Under the pieces are notes generated by a model, which worked only from the letters and a program-made list of their open reading frames with translations, made no database searches and was not told the DNA's origin. From contig JARYME010000002.1 of NCBI GenBank assembly GCA_029907315.1, positions 1,581 through 65,580 on the forward strand: DNA of 64,000 bases, read 5' to 3'. Both the position numbers and the translations under genes were made by a program. Source of the DNA: Armatimonadota bacterium. GTDB taxonomy: Bacteria > Armatimonadota > UBA5829. Positions 1 through 9,765 of this stretch are shown here, piece after piece; positions within the stretch are counted from its first letter, which is position 1, and each line of letters begins with the position of its first letter.

Positions 1-726
1 ATCATTGCAGACTGGGAAGTAGCGTCCATGACCGACTTTGTCGTGGGCGCCAATAAGACCGATGCTCACTATGTAGGTGCTAATCTGGATCGCGATTTCA
101 AAGTCGATCTTTGGGGAGACATAAGAATAGCTTCCGAGGGTGATCCGTGTCCGCGCTGTTCCGGAACACTAAACAGCCTCCGCGCAATAGAGATAGCTCA
201 CATATTCAAGCTGGGTACACTCTACTCCGAAGCAATGGGCGCCAAATTTCTGGATTCCGACGGGCGTGAGAAACCGTTTGTGATGGGCTGCTACGGAATC
301 GGAGTAAGCAGAATGCTTGCGGCCATTCCGGAGGTTTTCAACGATGCTGATGGTATGATCTGGCCCATATCAGTTGCACCGTTTGAGGTTGTCGTGTTGC
401 TTCTCAATCCCGAAGACGACCAGCAGTGCAATGCGGCGGCTCGAGTTTACGAAGACCTACAGCTTCGAGGAGTAGATGTTCTCCTTGACGACCGCGATGA
501 GCGTCCCGGTGTTAAGTTTAAGGATGCTGATCTTATTGGGATACCGATTCAGGTCGTATGCGGAAGGCTGGCTTCGGAGGGGAAAGTAGAAGTTAAACTA
601 AGGGCAGGCGGAGACAAGGAGCAAATCGATCTCGGTGCTGCTCCTAGTCGGGTCATACAGCTCCGGGAATCGCTTTATCAAAGGCTGGAGGAAAAAGCCG
701 ACGCGGTTTCTGTCAGAAGGACATAA
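1..726 (+). CDS. proS: Prolyl-tRNA synthetase, C-terminal part (5' end lies outside the window)
   Basis: Frame is open from base 1. Motifs GANK (editing domain end), CPRC, IEIAHIFKLGTLYS, MGCYGIGVSR (motif 3), DDRDERPGVKFKDADLIGIP (anticodon-binding domain). Confidence 0.96.
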   Translation: MIADWEVASMTDFVVGANKTDAHYVGANLDRDFKVDLWGDIRIASEGDPCPRCSGTLNSLRAIEIAHIFKLGTLYSEAMGAKFLDSDGREKPFVMGCYGIGVSRMLAAIPEVFNDADGMIWPISVAPFEVVVLLLNPEDDQQCNAAARVYEDLQLRGVDVLLDDRDERPGVKFKDADLIGIPIQVVCGRLASEGKVEVKLRAGGDKEQIDLGAAPSRVIQLRESLYQRLEEKADAVSVRRT

Positions 727-779
727 GCAGGTTTGGAGCGAAAAATCGTACATCACGATATCTGGCGTGGGGGCGTGCG

Positions 780-1442
780 ATGCCAGAGCCCAGCCTCTGG
801 GATATGTTGCTCAAGCTGATAGTGTCCGTGTTGGTTGGCGGACTTATCGGCGTCGAAAGAGAAACCCACGGCAGGCCAGCGGGTCTGCGGACCCATATAC
901 TCGTTTGCCTCGGTTCCACCCTCTTCGGGCTGTGTTCCTATACCATCGCTGGTAATCGTTTTGATCCCGGGCGTATCAGCGCTCAGATTGTTACCGGAAT
1001 CGGCTTTCTTGGTGCCGGAACAATTATGCGTCAGGGAAGCGTCGTGCGCGGATTAACCACTGCAGCCAGCATATGGACTGTGGCCGCTATCGGTTTGGCG
1101 GTTGCAGTCGGAGGCGATATGCTTCTGGTGGCGCTGGCGGCCAGTATTCTGGTGGTGGCGACGCTGAATCTGATCCCTCATTTCGAACGCAGAGTGCTCC
1201 AAAAGGGTAGTGAGAGGGTGCTGAACATTACACTGGCTCCGGGGATCGAACCTACCTGCAACGCGCTGGGTGTTTTGAGCAGCTGCGGAGCTAGGGTCCG
1301 GGTACTTGGTAGCGAGGAGACTCCGGACGGCGCCAGACAAGTGCTGAGGGTTCGCGTGCGTTTGCCGGACTCGTTTGACGAGGCCATGTTCGACAACGAA
1401 ATCAGGTCCCAGAAGGGTGTTTTCGGCTACAGTTGGGAATGA
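780..1442 (+). CDS. MgtC/SapB family membrane protein
   Basis: GGLIGVERE..GRPAGLRTH, DPGRISAQIVTGIGFLGAG and GLTTAASIW are MgtC signatures; C-terminal ACT-like soluble domain. Confidence 0.93.
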   Translation: MPEPSLWDMLLKLIVSVLVGGLIGVERETHGRPAGLRTHILVCLGSTLFGLCSYTIAGNRFDPGRISAQIVTGIGFLGAGTIMRQGSVVRGLTTAASIWTVAAIGLAVAVGGDMLLVALAASILVVATLNLIPHFERRVLQKGSERVLNITLAPGIEPTCNALGVLSSCGARVRVLGSEETPDGARQVLRVRVRLPDSFDEAMFDNEIRSQKGVFGYSWE

Positions 1443-1461
1443 CCACAGGGAGGTGTGCTGG

Positions 1462-2442
1462 ATGGGTAAGACAACACGCAGAGAGTTTCTGAAACAAGTA
1501 GCTTTGACTGGTGCCGCAGTTGCGGGGCTTCCGGAGGCTTTGGTTGCTGCGGATGAGGTTGTGACTGGAGCCGGTCAGAAATCGCGAGTGGTGATCGCTA
1601 CCGACAAGGCGGTTCTCCGAGGCAGCGGCGACGTTGAGGTCGATGTTCTTCAAAGGATGTTGGACCGTGGAATGGCGAAGCTGACTGGGTCACGGACCGC
1701 TCAGGAGGCATGGAAAAAACTCTTTAAGCCTTCAGATGTTGTCGGTATAAAAGTTAACTGCCTCTTCGGCAAGGGGGTTTCTACACGGCCGGAGGTCGCG
1801 CAAGCTATAGTCCGAGGGCTGATTTCAGCCGGTGTCAAACCGGACAACATCATAATATGGGACCGCTCTACCAGCGACCTTGTAAAGGTAGGTTATAAGC
1901 CGAACTCAGGCAGTGGGGTGAAATGCTATGGTGACGACGGTGATTGGGGACCAGTCCTTGAACACGGCGCTTTCAAAGGTCGCATAACGAAGGTCATCAG
2001 TGAAAAGATAACAGCCTTGATCAACGTGCCCATCCTAAAGACGCACGGCTTAACGGGCATATCGAATGCACTCAAGAATCACTACGGCTCTTTCGACAAC
2101 CCGGGCAGCCACCACAACAACCACTGCAATCCCGCTATGGCCGATTTCAACTCGCTGCCGATCGTCAAAAAGAAGACTCGCCTTGTGGTAGTTGACGCGC
2201 TTCGCCCGCAGTATGACGGTGGTCCCGGCTTCAAGGGCGATGCGCAGTGGGATCTGTGGTGTCTCATGCTCTCAACTGATCCAGTTGCCGTCGATTATCA
2301 GGGCCTTCAAATCATTCAGGAGCAGCGGGCGAAAGTGGGATTGCCCGCGATCAAGCCTGAGGTCACAGCTTGGCTGCAAGCGGCCCAAGAGCGCGGTGTA
2401 GGAACTTGTGACCCGTCGAAGATTGAGGTGTTGCGCGTGTGA
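1462..2442 (+). CDS. Tat-exported DUF362 family protein
   Basis: RBS GGAGG precedes ATG 1462; TRREFLK twin-arginine signal; VGIKVN, INVPILKTH, LKNHYG and STDPVAVD motifs typical of DUF362. Confidence 0.85.
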   Translation: MGKTTRREFLKQVALTGAAVAGLPEALVAADEVVTGAGQKSRVVIATDKAVLRGSGDVEVDVLQRMLDRGMAKLTGSRTAQEAWKKLFKPSDVVGIKVNCLFGKGVSTRPEVAQAIVRGLISAGVKPDNIIIWDRSTSDLVKVGYKPNSGSGVKCYGDDGDWGPVLEHGAFKGRITKVISEKITALINVPILKTHGLTGISNALKNHYGSFDNPGSHHNNHCNPAMADFNSLPIVKKKTRLVVVDALRPQYDGGPGFKGDAQWDLWCLMLSTDPVAVDYQGLQIIQEQRAKVGLPAIKPEVTAWLQAAQERGVGTCDPSKIEVLRV

Positions 2443-3473
2443 TTATAAACCTCCGCAGCGATACACAAACTTTGCCCACGGAATCGATGCTTCGAGCGAT
2501 AACTTCCGCTCCCCTGGGCGACGACGTGTTCGGCGAAGACCCAACTGTGCGCAAGCTCGAGGATATGGCAGCACGTATGCTCGGCAAGGAAGCCGGCTTG
2601 CTGGTTGTGAGCGGTACAATGGGCAACCTCGTTTCTTTGATGGCACATTCCAACAGGGGAGACGAGGTTATCCTGGATCCGGATTCTCATATTTTCTACC
2701 ACGAAACTGGTTCGTTGGCAGCGATTGCTGGACTGATGCCGATGCCGGTCAGAAGTCGAGAGGGTATGTTGGATCCGGATGATGTGGCCGCGGCGATTCG
2801 CAGTCCTAACGTTCACTATCCTCGGCCGCGAATCCTATGTCTGGAAAACACGCACAATCGAAGCGGTGGTCGCATCTTGCCGCTTGACTTACACAAAAGG
2901 CTGTGCGCTATTGCTCACGAGAGGGGGCTTAAGGTTCACCTTGATGGTGCCAGGATATTCAATGCCCAGGTGGCTTCGGGCATTCCGGCCTCAGAGTGGG
3001 CAAGAGAGGCCGACTCAGTGATGTTTTGTCTATCAAAGGGACTCAGCTGTCCTATCGGTTCAGTAGTCGTGGGCGATGCTGAGTTTATCGAAAGAGCACG
3101 GAGATTCCGCAAACAGATTGGCGGCGGGATGCGGCAAGCGGGCGTTATAGCAGCGTGCGGAATAGTGGCACTAGAGACGATGATAGATCGCTTGGCGGAG
3201 GACCATATCAATGCCAAACTTTTGGCTCAGGGCCTTGCGGATATCGCAGGTCTCAAAGTTGACCCAGACAAAGTGGAAACAAACATGGTCTACGCAGAAC
3301 ATTCTGCTACTGGTTTATCTACTGAGGAACTCCTGACTCGTTTGAAAGAGCAGGGTGTTCTCGCTAGTGGTTCGCCGCCAAACAGGATCCGCTTCGTCAC
3401 CCATCGACACATAGACCGCAGTGCAGTTGAGGAGGCCATTTGCAGAATCAAGAGGGCTGTTGAGGGTGCATGA
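2439..3473 (+). CDS. ltaE: Low-specificity L-threonine aldolase (PLP)
   Basis: LRSDT, GDDVFGEDPTV, SGTMGN, LENTHN, HLDGARIFNA, CLSKGL, GGGMRQAG; GTGA overlap with the upstream gene. Confidence 0.95.
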   Translation: MIINLRSDTQTLPTESMLRAITSAPLGDDVFGEDPTVRKLEDMAARMLGKEAGLLVVSGTMGNLVSLMAHSNRGDEVILDPDSHIFYHETGSLAAIAGLMPMPVRSREGMLDPDDVAAAIRSPNVHYPRPRILCLENTHNRSGGRILPLDLHKRLCAIAHERGLKVHLDGARIFNAQVASGIPASEWAREADSVMFCLSKGLSCPIGSVVVGDAEFIERARRFRKQIGGGMRQAGVIAACGIVALETMIDRLAEDHINAKLLAQGLADIAGLKVDPDKVETNMVYAEHSATGLSTEELLTRLKEQGVLASGSPPNRIRFVTHRHIDRSAVEEAICRIKRAVEGA

Positions 3474-5179
3474 TGCGTGTGTTTGGGACTGTCGCGTATG
3501 CAATTGTAATTGCGGGTTGCGCCTCAGCAGCCAGCGTCAAGACCATTGTAGGAGTCTACTATTTTCCTGGTTGGCACATCAAACCACCAATAGCACCTTT
3601 GTGTCCCGGTGGTCCGCCAGATCGCGTTGGAGAGTGGCGCTATGCCATCATGAACGCGGCTAAGCCTCGTCCGCTATGTGGTTTCTATGACGACTCGGAC
3701 GTGCGGCTCTGGGATTATTACATAGACTGGATGAGAGGCTGCGGGATAGATTTCATAGCGTTTGACTGGTACTACAACGCCCGACAGCAGTTTCTATACG
3801 AAGCATTGGATCGCGGATTCCTCCATTCCTCCAAGCGAAGCAACATGAAATTTTGCCTACACTGGTGCAATCACGGAGGCAACTGGTGGCACAAGCCACT
3901 GGATCAGTCTCAGTCCGCTTTGCGCGAGATGATGGATGAGGTCTGCCATAGATATTTCCACCTACCGAACTACTTGAAGCTGGACGGCAGACCCGTTTTT
4001 ATGATATACGACCCGGACACCCTCTTGCGCTTTGGCGGACGTCAAGTAGTGCGAGAATCGCTGCGTATGCTTCATAGCGTTGCGCAGGAACACGGCTTTC
4101 GTGGAGTCTACCTCGTTGCCGTCAATTCTTCGTGCAGCGCCTCATACATAAAGATGCTTAGAGACCTCGGCTTCGATGCGTTTTGCGCTTACACGTACGC
4201 TTGGATGAGACCTGCGAGCGTGGCTTGGTACTCAAAGGCTTGGCCCTATCGGGAAGTCACTGATATGATGTGCACCGACGTTTATCCATTCCTCAGGCGC
4301 ATTGGTAATCGATACGGTATACCTTATTGGCCTACGACTTTTTCGGGTTGGGATGATCGTCCGCGAGCCGGTTTGGAAAACGCTTTTGTGCTTACCGGAA
4401 ACGATCCCGGTGAGTTCGGCCGAATGTTTCGGTCCGCGCTCGACAACGTGAATCCTCGTTCAGCCGTGGTTATGGTTGAAGCATGGAACGAGTGGGGCGA
4501 GGGTGCCTGCATTGAGCCTTCAAAGGAACATGGTTTTGCATATCTCGACCAGATTGCTCGGGCGCTGGGTAAGAGCTTTAAGAATCCAAAGGTGCCTACA
4601 CCTGATGAGATTCATGCTTGGAGCATATTGGAGCCTGATGAGTTGAAAGTAGCTTGCGAGAACGAGTCTAAACCGTGGCCTGTGAAAAGCGTTGAGCGAA
4701 TACGCTTGGCGTCCAATTACGACGTTCCTGATGTGCCGATGCCCATTGTGTTTGATTTTACTGCAAGCGGCATGCCTCTCGAAAGCCTGATTCTAAATGG
4801 CCTTCAGGTGTTGGAGCGCACAGATCGTGGGCTGCTCTTAGTCTCAAACGCAGTCGATCCCCAAGTCATATTGCCCACGGTTTCGATTCCTACCGCACAA
4901 GTCAAGAGCATAACTGTTGCAGCTCAACTGCTTGAAAAAGCGCCAGGCAATCCAGAACCGCCCGTAGAAATCTATTGGCAGACGGGCAAAATCCCAGAGT
5001 TTACGCCGTATTGCTCGGTTAAAATCCCATTTGAAGCAAGCGGCATTAGCACACTGTTGACAGAAGAGATCATGACTTGGATCTCTGGCGGGACCCCGAT
5101 CTTGCGAATTCGACTCGACCTAGGCGAACACCCGGGCAACAAGTTTCTTCTGAAGAGACTTGTGCTCTCTAGTTCTTAG
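3470..5179 (+). CDS. Secreted GH99-like (WbsX-like) glycoside hydrolase with C-terminal beta-sandwich
   Basis: Signal peptide; YYFPGWH, PLCGFYD, GIDFIAFDWY, HWCNH, YLKLDGRPVF, GWDDRPR, AWNEWGEG..IEP; ATGA overlap with ltaE. Confidence 0.8.
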   Translation: MMRVFGTVAYAIVIAGCASAASVKTIVGVYYFPGWHIKPPIAPLCPGGPPDRVGEWRYAIMNAAKPRPLCGFYDDSDVRLWDYYIDWMRGCGIDFIAFDWYYNARQQFLYEALDRGFLHSSKRSNMKFCLHWCNHGGNWWHKPLDQSQSALREMMDEVCHRYFHLPNYLKLDGRPVFMIYDPDTLLRFGGRQVVRESLRMLHSVAQEHGFRGVYLVAVNSSCSASYIKMLRDLGFDAFCAYTYAWMRPASVAWYSKAWPYREVTDMMCTDVYPFLRRIGNRYGIPYWPTTFSGWDDRPRAGLENAFVLTGNDPGEFGRMFRSALDNVNPRSAVVMVEAWNEWGEGACIEPSKEHGFAYLDQIARALGKSFKNPKVPTPDEIHAWSILEPDELKVACENESKPWPVKSVERIRLASNYDVPDVPMPIVFDFTASGMPLESLILNGLQVLERTDRGLLLVSNAVDPQVILPTVSIPTAQVKSITVAAQLLEKAPGNPEPPVEIYWQTGKIPEFTPYCSVKIPFEASGISTLLTEEIMTWISGGTPILRIRLDLGEHPGNKFLLKRLVLSSS

Positions 5180-5337
5180 GTGACAAATAGCGTACGTCTT
5201 GCGACGGCTGGTAGATGTTCGTTAGATGTTTTTTCACGCAGGTCCGCGTGCCGGTGCTGCGCGCTCGCTATAGCCACCGCTCAGTTGCCTACTACCTTGG
5301 TTATCCCTCGGTAGATTTAGATTTGGGTGCTCAGTTT

Positions 5338-5520
5338 TTACCTAACTGCCGCTGCTTCCCGCTTGATGTCGAGCGCTCCTAGTTTTTCGCTGGTCTGTTC
5401 CTTGGGGGTTTTCTCCTCAGGTTCGGCGTACTCGTACTCTTCGCATTGGACCACTATGACGTTTCGAGGGAATGTGCAGGTGGATGCGTGCTTGCACGCG
5501 CTACAAACGTTAGAGCTCAT
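5338..5520 (-). CDS. Small Cys-rich hypothetical protein (60 aa)
   Basis: Strong RBS GAGGAGG about 9 nt before ATG 5520; MSSNVCSACKHASTC...QCEEYE gives four Cys, followed by a charged tail. Confidence 0.65.
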   Translation of the reverse strand: MSSNVCSACKHASTCTFPRNVIVVQCEEYEYAEPEEKTPKEQTSEKLGALDIKREAAAVR

Positions 5521-5692
5521 CGTGATGAACCTCCTCATTGAGTGTTGCAGGCATCACCTTCGATGCCTTGTTGCGAGCTCCGTCGCGATACACATTTCTA
5601 CAAATCGGTATTTTGGGCCTGCTTCGTTACCTTGCCGACTGATTGGCTACGCACCAAAATATTTCCGTATTTACGCAGGCTTCACCCGCATA

Positions 5693-7786
5693 CTACTCCA
5701 ATTCGGCAAGTTTTGCAACCTTTTCTGCGTATTTCTCGTTGTATCGCGCTACTAGTTTCGATCTGAGCTGCGGATCAGCCGTAACTACGATAAGCCGGGT
5801 CAGATCAGTGTCCTCTAAGCTGATGTTCAGAGCTTTCTGCTTGTTCCAGTTTACGTTGGCAATACCCTTGTATGTAACCTCGAACACGTCTTTGGGTAAT
5901 AGCCAGTCAGGGATGTCAACTTTCAAATCGGCGCGCTCTATAGGAGCGTAGACGGTTCCCAATCGATCGCACACTAAGTTCTCATTCACGCATATGAGCA
6001 AGAGCGTGTCAGTGCCGCTTAATAGTGTCTTAGTCCACAGGCTCGGTTCCAGCTCTTTGCATCCACCGACAACTGTTTCGACAGTCGTTTTCAAGTCGAC
6101 TGGGCAGCTTGCGGCAACCAGCTCGCTGACCGTCCCAAATTCCGCCCCCAGCAGTCCTATTTGTTTCCACAGGGCTTTAGCTGCTGGCTGTTCAGCACCG
6201 CAGCCGTTCGCACCCTTCTTACCCGGAGGTGTTGGTGTATACCACCAAAATGATAACTGCTTTGCACCTCCTGCCAGGGCGTAGTAAACCTCGGTTCGCT
6301 TTTCTTCCGGAGTTGGGAACCTAAACTTCACCTCTCCTTTGCCTGATTGTGCGCTGACGGCATAGAGAACCATGTGCAGCGGTCGAGGCATGCACGCAAG
6401 CCTCGGCAGGTAGGTCAAAGCGTAAATGCACCTTGCGTTGGCGTACAGCGGGACTCTGCGAGGACTGCGGTCATACGCGTGGCTAAGGCGCGCTTGATAG
6501 TAGGGGTCGCACATCAGAATATCGGGGATTTCTCCGTAGGCGTACGTGCTCTGAGGTCGGAATGTGTAGTTTATGTTGACCGCGCACGGTGTAACTGGAT
6601 CCTTCTCGTGCAGCGATTGTGCTTTGTTTACCATGCCTTGGGTCAAACAGCCCATCTTGTACTCTGGCGGCACACCCTTAACATAGAAGTCGGCTGATTC
6701 AGGTTCGTCGGCCAAGAAGTACAGATATGGATTTGTAGTTCCCTGCTTAAGATAATCGTTAACAGTGCGTCGGATGCCGAGCGATGCCAGGTATTCGCGG
6801 CCTTCTTGAGTTTTCAGAAATTCGATTACACAGTCTGAGCCTATCTGCTCCATTTGGGTGTTTATATTGTGAGCGGCTAGGTCTGCAAAGTATCGCTTGG
6901 CCGTTTCTTTGTCACTTGCATCACCCGGCATGGCACCCCACATCCCATACGCAGGTTCATCGCTCCACACCTTTACCAGCTCCGTGGCTTTCGAGCCGTC
7001 GGGGTACACAGCTTGCACGCAGCAGTACTTCCCTCGCTTGAGCGGTGTGGTAAGCTTTGCAACCACCGGAGATACTTTCAAGTCTGGGTCGAACCGAATC
7101 GTACAATTACTCGTTATGTCTTCCCCATCGAGGAGTATTCTTTGGGGCGGTTTGGATCCGGCAGAGCAAAACGCCGTCATCTCCTTTAGGTCTCTGGAGA
7201 AGGAAATGTATTCAAACCTAGGCCGGTGCCTCATGGGAATTGATACTTCCAGAGGCTTTTGCCCCTTGGTGCACACGGTCAATCTTACAGTGCCCGAAGG
7301 AGGATTGGTTCGAAGGCGCACGGTAATCTCGCATACTTCGCCTGGAGGTACACGCGACGGCCTTGCACGCCACCATATAGGATCACCCGCCGCTATGAGC
7401 TTCTTTCGTTCTGCCGCGCTGAGATCCGAAAAGAAAATCGAGGCTGGGTCGGCCTCTCGCTTTACATCTTGGTCTGAAAATGCTATCGCCCTCTTCAAGC
7501 TGATGCCGGCAAACTCGACATCTTCGATTAGCAACGGCTCAGTGCCAGTGTTCTTTAAATACACGTGTGTGCTTCCCGCAAGTGGCTTTTCCCACTGTCG
7601 TAGATCAAGAGCCCATTCGCGAGGGCTCATATCTTTGAGATACTCCGTGAACTCCTTAGGGTATGGAACATCGAACCGGTAGTACGCATCAACAACTTGC
7701 CAGCCTGCTGTAGTTGCCGATATGCCGACGTTCGGCACAACTGCCAACAAGAACAGTGCAGCAAGTCCTACCAACCTACGGCTCAT
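5693..7786 (-). CDS. Secreted hypothetical protein, possibly a TIM-barrel glycoside hydrolase
   Basis: 697-aa ORF with signal peptide; YFLADEPE, DILMCDPY and ALAGGAKQLSFWWY resemble clan GH-A-like barrel motifs; ATGA overlap with the upstream gene. Confidence 0.6.
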   Translation of the reverse strand: MSRRLVGLAALFLLAVVPNVGISATTAGWQVVDAYYRFDVPYPKEFTEYLKDMSPREWALDLRQWEKPLAGSTHVYLKNTGTEPLLIEDVEFAGISLKRAIAFSDQDVKREADPASIFFSDLSAAERKKLIAAGDPIWWRARPSRVPPGEVCEITVRLRTNPPSGTVRLTVCTKGQKPLEVSIPMRHRPRFEYISFSRDLKEMTAFCSAGSKPPQRILLDGEDITSNCTIRFDPDLKVSPVVAKLTTPLKRGKYCCVQAVYPDGSKATELVKVWSDEPAYGMWGAMPGDASDKETAKRYFADLAAHNINTQMEQIGSDCVIEFLKTQEGREYLASLGIRRTVNDYLKQGTTNPYLYFLADEPESADFYVKGVPPEYKMGCLTQGMVNKAQSLHEKDPVTPCAVNINYTFRPQSTYAYGEIPDILMCDPYYQARLSHAYDRSPRRVPLYANARCIYALTYLPRLACMPRPLHMVLYAVSAQSGKGEVKFRFPTPEEKRTEVYYALAGGAKQLSFWWYTPTPPGKKGANGCGAEQPAAKALWKQIGLLGAEFGTVSELVAASCPVDLKTTVETVVGGCKELEPSLWTKTLLSGTDTLLLICVNENLVCDRLGTVYAPIERADLKVDIPDWLLPKDVFEVTYKGIANVNWNKQKALNISLEDTDLTRLIVVTADPQLRSKLVARYNEKYAEKVAKLAELE

Positions 7787-9765
7787 CCTTTTCTGGCCTC
7801 CTCAGCAAACTTCCTCGCTCGTGCTACGTTTTCGTTCCACATATTTATGAACTGCTTTAGTGTCGGCACGACGTATATGGTGCTGCCGTACTCTTCGGGC
7901 TTAACGCCGTCCTTTTCGAACACTCTCTTCCAATCAGGCCATATCTTTGCTAAAATCTCGCTCCTCTTCGCCCAGATTGTTCCTGCCACGGGATATCCGT
8001 TCTCGTCCATTCCTTCGTAGAGTGATTTCCAGTTTTCAATCTTCAGCGGCATCAGATCGAGGTACATCCTCTGTATATTGCCGAAATCAGTCGAGTACGG
8101 CACATCTAGAAGCTCAGTGTTCTGGAAGAAGTTGCGCTTCGAGGCCGTCAGAATTCGTGTTCGCTTGAGACCTCTCTCCCTTTCCAGCAGTATCACAACG
8201 CGTTTGGTGCACAGTGTTCCAGCTCTGTCTATTGCGTCTTCCTCAGCCGATGGATCGAAATCGATGCCTACCTGTTTAACTGCAGCGATAAACTCGGCAT
8301 TATTGACGATCGGATCAGTGAGCTTCTTCACCGAACTGGGATCAATCGAAGCGAACTTGCTGTCTTTGGGTAGAGCGTTGAGCAAAGTCCTGACTCGATA
8401 GTCACGAATGGCATCGTTGAAGCGGCCTATCATACTAGTCACCACGGAACCGCCTTCGCCGTCGTCAACCTTCTCGCCGGTTCGCCTTTCGTAATCGGCG
8501 ATTCCTTCGTCTGTCGCGACTTGTGCCGCGTACATCTGAGAAACCTCATAGGATAGCGTCGTGTTCGTAAACATCCGCTCCTTAAGCGCGTCCGGATACT
8601 TCGGGTTGTAACCAGCATTAAAGCTGCGGATTACATTCAGCGCGGCCTGTCCCGTACAAGCTATCTTGAAATGGTTGTTTGACTTTCCAACCCTGGGCTT
8701 GGCGAGTTCCGTGTAAAACTCGTCAGCGCCGTCGAGCAGGATCTCGTCAAACAGCCGCACCCTTTCGCAAAGCCTGGCGTATATCTCGCCGCCGGCGTAG
8801 GTAAGTTTTTCCTCGTCGTCGTGCCAGTCTGGGCGCAGCTGGAAAGCTACTCGTCCTAGACCCCTGAGCAGAAAGACTGAGCGCAGCCCAAGCATAGCGT
8901 CCACAACAACCCATTCGGTGAACCTGGTTGCCCCCCAGTCGTCCGGATGGCCGCCCGCAATTTGTTCTCTTGCTATAAGCCTGCGCACCTCGTGCCACTT
9001 GTTTGGGAACCGACATATGAACTTGGTTGCCTCTTCACCCCATATGCAGCCTATGCCTGACATGTCGTCCTCGCCGGCTACTGCAATCACCGGGTTTGTG
9101 GTTCCTCCCAAACTTCCCATGCGCCTGCAGCGTGCAGCTTGCAGACCGTAGTCGTTGAAAAACTGTGTCTTTGTCTTGCCTTCCTCGCGGGCGAAGTACA
9201 GATCGGGGTAGTACATCCCGGGCTGGTAAAGCGCACTGAAACACGACAAGTAGTCCGTCGGGTTCGAATATGGATCTCGCCCATTCTCAGATTCCCATTT
9301 CTTTGCCCAGCCTGCGAACAGATTGTCTCCCTTGTTTGCCGCAAGGTCCTCTGCTTTGATCCGCGCGGATACTGCGAGGAACGATTCGCGATCTTGGTCA
9401 AACCACTTCTTAACCTGGTTTGCTGCGTGCGCCTGTAGTTGTGACGCTTGTTCTGAGGACAGCGCGCTGTCTCCGTGGAACTTGCGCCGGGCAAGATTGT
9501 GGTCAAGTTCAACCGGTGAGGAAAGCGACTCCGCAACGCCCAACATATATGCAACGATTCGCTCACGGAGCTTCGAGTCCCCCGCGGCAAACTCTTGATC
9601 AAGCGCTGAGGAGATTAGTTGAAGAGTCTTTTGGAGCTCTCCGGGGAGAGTAAAGAATATGGTTTTCTGGAGTGCCAGTTCAATATCCCATCCTGGCATC
9701 ATTTCTCTCGTTCTCTCATCTCGGTTATATACCAAGTTGAGAATGGTCCTTTCGTGGTGTGTCAT
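7783..9765 (-). CDS. Long transaldolase-fold (class I aldolase) protein
   Basis: Ordered motifs FFND, GGTTNP, GRVAFQL, HFKIACT (Schiff-base Lys), NTTL, SMIGR and TASKRN parallel TalB/FSA motifs; about 200-aa N-terminal extension. Confidence 0.7.
   Translation of the reverse strand: MTHHERTILNLVYNRDERTREMMPGWDIELALQKTIFFTLPGELQKTLQLISSALDQEFAAGDSKLRERIVAYMLGVAESLSSPVELDHNLARRKFHGDSALSSEQASQLQAHAANQVKKWFDQDRESFLAVSARIKAEDLAANKGDNLFAGWAKKWESENGRDPYSNPTDYLSCFSALYQPGMYYPDLYFAREEGKTKTQFFNDYGLQAARCRRMGSLGGTTNPVIAVAGEDDMSGIGCIWGEEATKFICRFPNKWHEVRRLIAREQIAGGHPDDWGATRFTEWVVVDAMLGLRSVFLLRGLGRVAFQLRPDWHDDEEKLTYAGGEIYARLCERVRLFDEILLDGADEFYTELAKPRVGKSNNHFKIACTGQAALNVIRSFNAGYNPKYPDALKERMFTNTTLSYEVSQMYAAQVATDEGIADYERRTGEKVDDGEGGSVVTSMIGRFNDAIRDYRVRTLLNALPKDSKFASIDPSSVKKLTDPIVNNAEFIAAVKQVGIDFDPSAEEDAIDRAGTLCTKRVVILLERERGLKRTRILTASKRNFFQNTELLDVPYSTDFGNIQRMYLDLMPLKIENWKSLYEGMDENGYPVAGTIWAKRSEILAKIWPDWKRVFEKDGVKPEEYGSTIYVVPTLKQFINMWNENVARARKFAEEARKG

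Noticed and set aside
727..779. Proline-responsive leader linking proS and mgtC (as in Salmonella mgtP)
   Set aside because: The 53-bp gap has no Pro-rich leader ORF that I could see; the adjacency alone is not evidence.
6897..7682. Long antisense ORFs (also 21352-22014, 30082-30855, 39539-40393, 54538-55227)
   Set aside because: They lie wholly opposite well-supported genes and show no motifs; typical shadow ORFs.
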